NCBI GenBank assembly: GCA_965235115.1
Contig: OZ249436.1
Location: 24,802,001 to 24,866,000 of the forward strand
Direction: 5' to 3'
Source: Laetmonice hystrix
Lineage: Eukaryota
DNA: 64,000 nt
Made by a program: the position numbers and the translations under genes. The notes beneath the pieces were generated by a model. The model did no database searches and was not told the origin of the DNA. It saw nothing but the letters and a program-made list of their open reading frames with translations. This document shows positions 52,701-64,000 of the stretch, piece by piece; within the stretch, counting starts at the first letter, position 1, and each line of letters opens with the position of its first letter.

Positions 52701-55700
52701 TCCCAGCCTAAAACGAGTTTCCAAATAATTTAAAGTTAACAAGATGCACTAATAATCGATTCCAAGCCTAATTAGGCCATTGCTAGTTGGATAACCAAAT
52801 CTCATACAAAATACACCCTCCCGGCAGATGACCTGAGAATATTTAACTCTTATGTCCGATATATCCCTGTCTGCTTAGTAGCACCCAGCCGGGCCCCCAT
52901 TTTGACATTGCAACACCAATACAGCAAGTGCCCAGCTAACAGCACAAATAACAGGATTCAGGGCTTCCTACCACGTTACAAGTCACAATAGATTGCTGCC
53001 TGTCGTAAAAATATACCAGACCATTTTAAAAAGTCACAGAACCCCAATCCGGCCCTAATATGTCACTCCCAGTACCAATACACGCTGGAAGCACCATCAA
53101 CTGAAATTCAGGCCTAGAACCCACCTCTCTCTACCAATATCATGCACCTAGTCCGTATACGAGGTTGTAATTTACTTTAATCAACGGGCTGTGCCGCAGC
53201 AACCCACTCTGGTCTTTGCAATCTTTTTCAATATGCGTTAACATTTGTAACCAGCTCAACGCGCCTTGTAAAATTTTTCAAAGTGCGTAAAGTGTGTGTC
53301 CACCCCGACACGCTTTCCAAACCACTATACCCACCGAGCGACATCCACTCAAATACAGGCTTCGACCGATCCTCACTGTGCCAATAATCCGCCACAAGGC
53401 AAATTCAGTCAATGCAAGCTGGAAAATCGAATGTCAAACCTAATACTGCCCCCCCCCCCCCCCAGCACGTTAACTGAAAATAATCAACTAGCTTGAAAAC
53501 TAGAATATAGCTTTGTTTAGCTAACAATCTACTCTCCCAGCGCCATCAACTCGCATACAGGCGTAAAAGCAAACGCACTGCCCCATATAATGCTCCCAGC
53601 CTAAAACGATGTTGCAATTAATTTAAAATTAACAAGATGCACTAGTAATCCGATCCAAGCTTAATTACGTCATTGCTAGTTTCATAATCAAATCTCACAG
53701 AAAATACCCTTCCCGGGCAGATAACCTGAAAATATTCAACTTTTATCTCCAATGTATCCCTGTGCACCTAGTAGCACACAAGCGGGCCCAATTTTGACAT
53801 TCCAAGACAAAAACCGCAAATACCCGCCTAATGGCACAGAAAACTTTCTACCCCGTTGCAAGTCACATTAGCTTGCTGCTTGTCGTAAAAAATGGTGCAG
53901 ACCATTTCTAAAGTCACAGTACCCCACTCCCGGCCTAATATTACGTTTCAGTATCCATATACGCTGCAAGCGGCAGGAACTCGAATACAGGCCTAAAAGT
54001 AACCCCAGTCTAGCAATATCATACTCCCATGCCATATACGAGCTTGTAATTATCTTTAATTAATGGGCTCCGCAGCACCAACCCACTGCATTAACATTTG
54101 TTTAACAGCTTAACGCACCTTGTAAAATTTGTTCAAGTGCGTAAAAATGCGTGTCCACCTCCACATACTTTAAAAATCACTATACCCACCCAGCGACATC
54201 CACTCTAATACACGCCTAAAAGGAACTTCACTGTCCCATTTGATTCTCCAGCACGTATAGGATGTTTCAAGTAACATTCATCCACGGTCTGGCCCAATAA
54301 CGTGCAACAAGGCATAGTAAGTCAATGCGAGCTCGCATGTCAAACCTAACCCGCCCCCAAGCACATGAGCTGAAAATATTCAAATAGCTTGAAAACTAGA
54401 ATATAGCTTTGCTTAATACCATTATACCATCAACTCGCATTACAGGCCTAATGCGAAGCTCCCAGCCTAAAACGAGTTTCCAATTAATTTAAAGTTAACA
54501 AGATGCACTAATAATCGATTCCAAGCCTAATTAGGCCATTGCTAGTTGGATAACCAAATCTCATACAAAATACACCCTCCCGGCAGATGACCTGAGAATA
54601 TTTAACTCTTATGTCCGATATATCCCTGTCTGCTTAGTAGCACCCAGCCGGGCCCCCATTTTGACATTGCAACACCAATACAGCAAGTGCCCAGCTAACA
54701 GCACAAATAACAGGATTCAGGGCTTCCTACCACGTTACAAGTCACAATAGATTGCTGCCTGTCGTAAAAATATACCAGACCATTTTAAAAAGTCACAGAA
54801 CCCCAATCCGGCCCTAATATGTCACTCCCAGTACCAATACACGCTGGAAGCACCATCAACTGAAATTCAGGCCTAGAACCCACCTCTCTCTACCAATATC
54901 ATGCACCTAGTCCGTATACGAGGTTGTAATTTACTTTAATCAACGGGCTGTGCCGCAGCAACCCACTCTGGTCTTTGCAATCTTTTTCAATATGCGTTAA
55001 CATTTGTAACCAGCTCAACGCGCCTTGTAAAATTTTTCAAAGTGCGTAAAGTGTGTGTCCACCCCGACACGCTTTCCAAACCACTATACCCACCGAGCGA
55101 CATCCACTCAAATACAGGCTTCGACCGATCCTCACTGTGCCAATAATCCGCCACAAGGCAAATTCAGTCAATGCAAGCTGGAAAATCGAATGTCAAACCT
55201 AATACTGCCCCCCCCCCCCCCCAGCACGTTAACTGAAAATAATCAACTAGCTTGAAAACTAGAATATAGCTTTGTTTAGCTAACAATCTACTCTCCCAGC
55301 GCCATCAACTCGCATACAGGCGTAAAAGCAAACGCACTGCCCCATATAATGCTCCCAGCCTAAAACGATGTTGCAATTAATTTAAAATTAACAAGATGCA
55401 CTAGTAATCCGATCCAAGCTTAATTACGTCATTGCTAGTTTCATAATCAAATCTCACAGAAAATACCCTTCCCGGGCAGATAACCTGAAAATATTCAACT
55501 TTTATCTCCAATGTATCCCTGTGCACCTAGTAGCACACAAGCGGGCCCAATTTTGACATTCCAAGACAAAAACCGCAAATACCCGCCTAATGGCACAGAA
55601 AACTTTCTACCCCGTTGCAAGTCACATTAGCTTGCTGCTTGTCGTAAAAAATGGTGCAGACCATTTCTAAAGTCACAGTACCCCACTCCCGGCCTAATAT

Positions 55701-58700
55701 TACGTTTCAGTATCCATATACGCTGCAAGCGGCAGGAACTCGAATACAGGCCTAAAAGTAACCCCAGTCTAGCAATATCATACTCCCATGCCATATACGA
55801 GCTTGTAATTATCTTTAATTAATGGGCTCCGCAGCACCAACCCACTGCATTAACATTTGTTTAACAGCTTAACGCACCTTGTAAAATTTGTTCAAGTGCG
55901 TAAAAATGCGTGTCCACCTCCACATACTTTAAAAATCACTATACCCACCCAGCGACATCCACTCTAATACACGCCTAAAAGGAACTTCACTGTCCCATTT
56001 GATTCTCCAGCACGTATAGGATGTTTCAAGTAACATTCATCCACGGTCTGGCCCAATAACGTGCAACAAGGCATAGTAAGTCAATGCGAGCTCGCATGTC
56101 AAACCTAACCCGCCCCCAAGCACATGAGCTGAAAATATTCAAATAGCTTGAAAACTAGAATATAGCTTTGCTTAATACCATTATACCATCAACTCGCATT
56201 ACAGGCCTAATGCGAAGCTCCCAGCCTAAAACGAGTTTCCAATTAATTTAAAGTTAACAAGATGCACTAATAATCGATTCCAAGCCTAATTAGGCCATTG
56301 CTAGTTGGATAACCAAATCTCATACAAAATACACCCTCCCGGCAGATGACCTGAGAATATTCAACTCTTATGTCCGATATATCCCTGTCCGCTTAGTAGC
56401 ACCCAGCCGGGCCCCCATTTTGACATTGCAACACCAATACAGCAAGTGCCCAGCTAACAGCACAAATAACAGGATTCAGGGCTTCCTACCACGTTACAAG
56501 TCACAATAGATTGCTGCCTGTCGTAAAAATATACCAGACCATTTTAAAAAGTCACAGAACCCCAATCCGGCCCTAATATGTCACTCCCAGTACCAATAGA
56601 CGCTGGAAGCACCATCAACTGAAATTCAGGCCTAGAACCCACCTCTCTCTACCAATATCATGCACCTAGTCCGTATACGAGGTTGTAATTTACTTTAATC
56701 AACGGGCTGCGCCGCAGCAACCCACTCTGGTCTTTGCAATCTTTTTCAATATGCGTTAACATTTGTGACCAGCTCAACGCGCCTTGTAAAATTTTTCAAA
56801 GTGCGTAAAAGTGTCTGTCCACCCCGACACGCTTTCCAAACCACTATACCCACCGAGCGACATCCACTCAAATACAGGCTTCGACCGATCCTCACTGTGC
56901 CAATAATCCGCCACAAGGCAAATTCAGTCAATGCAAGCTGGAAAATCGAATGTCAAACCTAATGCTCCCCCCCCCCAGCACGTTAACTGAAAAAAATCAA
57001 CTAGCTTGAAAACTAGAATATAGCTTTGTTTAGCTAACAATCTACTCTCCCAGCGCCATCAACTCGCATACAGGCGTAAAAGCAAACGCACTGCCCCATA
57101 TAATGCTCCCAGCCTAAGACGATGTTGCAATTAATTTAAGATTAACAAGATGCACTAGTAATCCGATCCAAGCCTAATTACGTCATTGCTAGTTTCATAA
57201 CCAAATCTCACAGAAAATACCCCACCCGCGCACATAACCTGAAAATATTTAACTTTTATCTCCAATGTATCCCTGTGCACCTAGTAGCACACAAGCGGGC
57301 CCAATTTTGACATCCCAACACAAATACCGCAAATACCCGCCTAATGGCACAAAAAACTTTCTACCCCGTTGCAAGTCACATTAGCGTGCTGCTTGTCGTA
57401 AAAAATGGTGCAGACCATTTCTAAAGTCACAGTACCCCACTCCCGGCCTAATATTACGTTTCAGTATCCATATACGCTGCAAGCGGCAGGAACTCGAATA
57501 CAGGCCTAAAAGTAACCTCAGTCTAGCAATATCATACTCCCATGCCATATACGAGCTTGTAATTATCTTTAATTAATGGGCTCCGCAGCACCAACCCACT
57601 GCATTAACATTTGTTTAACAGCTTAACGCACCTTGTAAAATTTTTTCAAGTGCGTAAAAATGCGTGTCCACCTCCACATACTTTAAAAATCACTATACCC
57701 ACCCAGCGACATCCACTCTAATACACGCCTAAAAGGAACTTCACTGTCCCATTTGATTCTCCAGCACGTATAGGATGTTTCAAGTAACATTCATCCACGG
57801 TCTGGCCCAATAACGTGCAGCAAGGCATAGTAAGTCAATGCGAGCTCGCATGTCAAACCTAACCCGCCCCCAAGCACATGAGCTGAAAATATTCAAATAG
57901 CTTGAAAACTAGAATATAGCTTTGCTTAATACCATTATACCATCAACTCGCATTACAGGCCTAATGCGAAGCTCCCAGCCTAAAACGAGTTTCCAATTAA
58001 TTTAAAGTTAACAAGATGCACTAATAATCGATTCCAAGCCTAATTAGGCCATTGCTAGTTGGATAACCAAATCTCATACAAAATACACCCTCCCGGCAGA
58101 TGACCTGAGAATATTCAACTCTTATGTCCGATATATCCCTGTCCGCTTAGTAGCACCCAGCCGGGCCCCCATTTTGACATTGCAACACCAATACAGCAAG
58201 TGCCCAGCTAACAGCACAAATAACAGGATTCAGGGCTTCCTACCACGTTACAAGTCACAATAGATTGCTGCCTGTCGTAAAAATATACCAGACCATTTTA
58301 AAAAGTCACAGAACCCCAATCCGGCCCTAATATGTCACTCCCAGTACCAATACACGCTGGAAGCACCATCAACTGAAATTCAGGCCTAGAACCCACCTCT
58401 CTCTACCAATATCATGCACCTAGTCCGTATACGAGGTTGTAATTTACTTTAATCAACGGGCTGCGCCGCAGCAACCCACTCTGGTCTTTGCAATCTTTTT
58501 CAATATGCGTTAACATTTGTGACCAGCTCAACGCGCCTTGTAAAATTTTTCAAAGTGCGTAAAAGTGTGTGTCCACCCCGACACGCTTTCCAAACCACTA
58601 TACCCACCGAGCGACATCCACTCAAATACAGGCTTCGACCGATCCTCACTGTGCCACTAATCCGCCACAAGGCAAATTCAGTCAATGCAAGCTGGAAAAT

Positions 58701-61700
58701 CGAATGTCAAACCTAATGCTCCCCCCCAGCACGTTAACTGAAAAAAATCAACTAGCTTGAAAACTAGAATATAGCTTTGTTTAGCTAACAATCTACTCTC
58801 CCAGCGCCATCAACTCGCATACAGGCGTAAAAGCAAACGCACTGCCCCATATAATGCTCCCAGCCTAAGACGATGTTGCAATTAATTTAAGATTAACAAG
58901 ATGCACTAGTAATCCGATCCAAGCCTAATTACGTCATTGCTAGTTTCATAACCAAATCTCACAGAAAATACCCCACCCGCGCACATAACCTGAAAATATT
59001 CAACTTTTATCTCCAATGTATCCCTGTGCACCTAGTAGCACCCAAGCGGGCCCAATTTTGACATTCCAACACAAATACCGCAAATACCCGCCTAATGGCA
59101 CAAAAAAACTTTCTACCCCGTTGCAAGTCACATTAGCTTGCTGCTTGTCGTAAAAAATGGTGCAGACCATTTCTAAAGTCACAGTACCCCACTCCCGGCC
59201 TAATATTACGTTTCAGTATCCATATACGCTGCAAGCGGCAAGAACTCGAATACAGGCCTAAAAGTAACCCCAGTCTAGCAATATCATACTCTCATGCCAT
59301 ATACGAGCTTGTAATTATCTTTAATTAATGGGCTCCGCAGCACCAACCCACTGCATTAACATTTGTTTAACAGCTTGACGCACCTTGTAAAAAATTTTCA
59401 AGTGCGTAAAAATGCGTGTCCACCTCCACATACTTTAAAAATCACTATACCCACCCAGCGACATCCACTCTAATACACGCCTAAAAGGAACTTCACTGTC
59501 CCATTTGATTCTCCAGCACGTATAGGATGTTTCAAGTAACATTCATCCACGGTCTGGCCCAATAACGTGCAGCAAGGCATAGTAAGTCAATGCGAGCTCG
59601 CATGTCAAACCTAACCCGCCCCCAAGCACATGAGCTGAAAATATTCAAATAGCTTGAAAACTAGAATATAGCTTTGCTTAATACCATTATACCATCAACT
59701 CGCATTACAGGCCTAATGCGAAGCTCCCAGCCTAAAACGAGTTTCCAATTAATTTAAAGTTAACAAGATGCACTAATAATCGATTCCAAGCCTAATTAGG
59801 CCATTGCTAGTTGGATAACCAAATCTCATACAAAATACACCCTCCCGGCAGATGACCTGAGAATATTCAACTCTTATGTCCGATATATCCCTGTCCGCTT
59901 AGTAGCACCCAGCCGGGCCCCCATTTTGACATTGCAACACCAATACAGCAAGTGCCCAGCTAACAGCACAAATAACAGGATTCAGGGCTTCCTACCACGT
60001 TACAAGTCACAATAGATTGCTGCCTGTCGTAAAAATATACCAGACCATTTTAAAAAGTCACAGAACCCCAATCCGGCCCTAATATGTCACTCCCAGTACC
60101 AATACACGCTGGAAGCACCATCAACTGAAATTCAGGCCTAGAACCCACCTCTCTCTACCAATATCATGCACCTAGTCCGTATACGAGGTTGTAATTTACT
60201 TTAATCAACGGGCTGCGCCGCAGCAACCCACTCTGGTCTTTGCAATCTTTTTCAATATGCGTTAACATTTGTGACCAGCTCAACGCGCCTTGTAAAATTT
60301 TTCAAAGTGCGTAAAAGTGTGTGTCCACCCCGACACGCTTTCCAAACCACTATACCCACCGAGCGACATCCACTCAAATACAGGCTTCGACCGATCCTCA
60401 CTGTGCCAATAATCCGCCACAAGGCAAATTCAGTCAATGCAAGCTGGAAAATCGAATGTCAAACCTAATGCTCCCCCCCCAGCACGTTAACTGAAAAAAA
60501 TCAACTAGCTTGAAAACTAGAATATAGCTTTGTTTAGCTAACAATCTACTCTCCCAGCGCCATCAACTCGCATACAGGCGTAAAAGCAAACGCACTGCCC
60601 CATATAATGCTCCCAGCCTAAGACGATGTTGCAATTAATTTAAGATTAACAAGATGCACTAGTAATCCGATCCAAGCCTAATTACGTCATTGCTAGTTTC
60701 ATAACCAAATCTCACAGAAAATACCCCACCCGCGCACATAACCTGAAAATATTCAACTTTTATCTCCAATGTATCCCTGTGCACCTAGTAGCACCCAAGC
60801 GGGCCCAATTTTGACATTCCAACACAAATACCGCAAATACCCGCCTAATGGCACAAAAAAACTTTCTACCCCGTTGCAAGTCACATTAGCTTGCTGCTTG
60901 TCGTAAAAAATGGTGCAGACCATTTCTAAAGTCACAGTACCCCACTCCCGGCCTAATATTACGTTTCAGTATCCATATACGCTGCAAGCGGCAAGAACTC
61001 GAATACAGGCCTAAAAGTAACCCCAGTCTAGCAATATCATACTCTCATGCCATATACGAGCTTGTAATTATCTTTAATTAATGGGCTCCGCAGCACCAAC
61101 CCACTGCATTAACATTTGTTTAACAGCTTGACGCACCTTGTAAAAAATTTTCAAGTGCGTAAAAATGCGTGTCCACCTCCACATACTTTAAAAATCACTA
61201 TACCCACCCAGCGACATCCACTCTAATACACGCCTAAAAGGAACTTCACTGTCCCATTTGATTCTCCAGCACGTATAGGATGTTTCAAGTAACATTCATC
61301 CACGGTCTGGCCCAATAACGTGCAGCAAGGCATAGTAAGTCAATGCGAGCTCGCATGTCAAACCTAACCCGCCCCCAAGCACATGAGCTGAAAATATTCA
61401 AATAGCTTGAAAACTAGAATATAGCTTTGCTTAATACCATTATACCATCAACTCGCATTACAGGCCTAATGCGAAGCTCCCAGCCTAAAACGAGTTTCCA
61501 ATTAATTTAAAGTTAACAAGATGCACTAATAATCGATTCCAAGCCTAATTAGGCCATTGCTAGTTGGATAACCAAATCTCATACAAAATACACCCTCCCG
61601 GCAGATGACCTGAGAATATTCAACTCTTATGTCCGATATATCCCTGTCCGCTTTGTAGCACCCAGCCGGGCCCCCATTTTGACATTGCAACACCAATACA

Positions 61701-64000
61701 GCAAGTGCCCAGCTAACAGCACAAATAACAGGATTCAGGGCTTCCTACCACGTTACAAGTCACAATAGATTGCTGCCTGTCGTAAAAATATACCAGACCA
61801 TTTTAAAAAGTCACAGAACCCCAATCCGGCCCTAATATGTCACTCCCAGTACCAATACACTCTGGAAGCACCATCAACTGAAATTCAGGCCTAGAACCCA
61901 CCTCTCTCTACCAATATCATGCACCTAGTCCGTATACGAGGTTGTAATTTACTTTAATCAACGGGCTGCGCCGCAGCAACCCACTCTGGTCTTTGCAATC
62001 TTTTTCAATATGCGTTAACATTTGTAACCAGCTCAACGCGCCTTGTAAAATTTTTCAAAGTGCGTAAAAGTGTGTGTCCACCCCGACACGCTTTCCAAAC
62101 CACTATACCCACCGAGCGACATCCACTCAAATACAGGCTTCGACCGATCCTCACTGTGCCAATAATCCGCCACAAGGCAAATTCAGTCAATGCAAGCTGG
62201 AAAATCGAATGTCAAACCTAATACTCCCCCCCCCAGCACGTTAACTGAAAATAATCAACTAGCTTGAAAACTAGAATATAGCTTTGTTTAGCTAACAATC
62301 TACTCTCCCAGCGCCATCAACTCGCATACAGGCGTAAAAGCAAACGCACTGCCCCATATAATGCTCCCAGCCTAAAACGATGTTGCAATTAATTTAAAAT
62401 TAACAAGATGCACTAGTAATCCGATCCAAGCTTAATTACGTCATTGCTAGTTTCATAACCAAATCTCACAGAAAATACCCCACCCGGGCACATAACCTGA
62501 AAATATTCAACTTTTATCTCCAATGTATCCCTGTGCACCTAGTAGCACCCAAGCGGGCCCAATTTTGACATTCCAACACAAATACCGCAAATACCCGCCT
62601 AATGGCACAAAAAACTTTCTACCCCGTTGCAAGTCACATTAGCTTGCTGCTTGTCGTAAAAAATGGTGCAGACCATTTCTAAAGTCACAGTACCCCACTC
62701 CCGGCCTAATATTACGTTTCAGTATCCATATACGCTGCAAGCGGCAGGAACTCGAATACAGGCCTAAAAGTAACCCCAGTCTAGCAATATCATACTCTCA
62801 TGCCATATACGAGCTTGTAATTATCTTTAATTAATGGGCTCCGCAGCACCAACCCACTGCATTAACATTTGTTTAACAGCTTAACGCACCTTGTAAAAAA
62901 ATTTTCAAGTGCGTAAAAATGCGTGTCCACCTCCACATACTTTAAAAATCACTATACCCACCCAGCGACATTCACTCTAATACACGCCTAAGAGGAACTT
63001 CACTGTCCCATTTGATTCTCCAGCACGTATAGGATGTTTCAAGTAACATTTATCCACGGTCTGGCCCAATAACGTGCAACAAGGCATAGTAAGTCAATGC
63101 GAGCTCGCATGTCAAACCTAACCCGCCCCCCAGCACATGAGCTGAAAATATTCAAATAGCTTGAAAACTAGAATATAGCTTTGCTTAATACCATTATACC
63201 ATCAACTCGCATTACAGGCCTAATGCGAAGCTCCCAGCCTAAAACGAGTTTCCAATTAATTTAAAGTTAACAAGATGCACTAATAATCGATTCCAAGCCT
63301 AATTAGGCCATTGCTAGTTGGATAACCAAATCTCATACAAAATACACCCTCCCGGCAGATGACCTGAGAATATTCAACTCTTATGTCCGATATATCCCTG
63401 TCCGCTTAGTAGCACCCAGCCGGGCCCCCATTTTGACATTGCAACACCAATACAGCAAGTGCCCAGCTAACAGCACAAATAACAGGATTCAGGGCTTCCT
63501 ACCACGTTACAAGTCACAATAGATTGCTGCCTGTCGTAAAAATATACCAGACCATTTTAAAAAGTCACAGAACCCCAATCCGGCCCTAATATGTCACTCC
63601 CAGTACCAATACACGCTGGAAGCACCATCAACTGAAATTCAGGCCTAGAACCCACCTCTCTCTACCAATATCATGCACCTAGTCCGTATACGAGGTTGTA
63701 ATTTACTTTAATCAACGGGCTGCGCCGCAGCAACCCACTCTGGTCTTTGCAATCTTTTTCAATATGCGTTAACATTTGTAACCAGCTCAACGCGCCTTGT
63801 AAAATTTTTCAAAGTGCGTAAAAGTGTGTGTCCATCCCGACACGCTTTCCAAACCACTATACCCACCGAGCGACATCCACTCAAATACAGGCTTCGACCG
63901 ATCCTCACTGTGCCAATAATCCGCCACAAGGCAAATTCAGTCAATGCAAGCTGGAAAATCGAATGTCAAACCTAATGCTCCCCCCCCCCCAGCACGTTAA
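46701..64000. repeat. Continuation of the same array in the same orientation, ~10 copies (right contig), more heterogeneous
   Basis: Same unit sequence, with marker ORFs at 47962, 51475, 56746, 58500, 60252, 62005 and 63759. The marker is frameshifted in three units by GCGTAAAAGTG>GCGTAAAGTG (~49780, ~53290, ~55048). Confidence 0.99.

Noticed and set aside
1..64000. CRISPR array or repeat-spacer system
   Set aside because: There are no unique spacers, since the sequence between conserved blocks is itself repeated in every unit. There are no cas or other genes.

Overview
Nearly the whole window is one head-to-tail tandem array of about 36 near-identical copies of a ~1753-bp unit (1752-1759 bp). 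It looks like eukaryotic macrosatellite or satellite DNA. Each unit is a dimer of two diverged ~850-900-bp halves, and these retain traces of older ~430-bp, ~220-bp and possibly ~75-bp periodicities. The array has two interruptions. One is a single 397-bp non-coding insertion at 45001-45397 with terminal inverted repeats and an apparent 2-bp AT target-site duplication, i.e. a MITE, possibly PHIS/ISL2EU-like. The other is a 200-N assembly gap at 46501-46700. Units are recombinant mosaics of a few haplotypes, and those after the gap carry extra private variants and multi-unit duplications. I found no credible protein-coding gene, RNA gene or CRISPR array. The ORF track is short repeat-derived ORFs plus N read-through. 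I cannot support a novel gene system here. The interest lies in the repeat architecture and the MITE. All alignments were done by eye.
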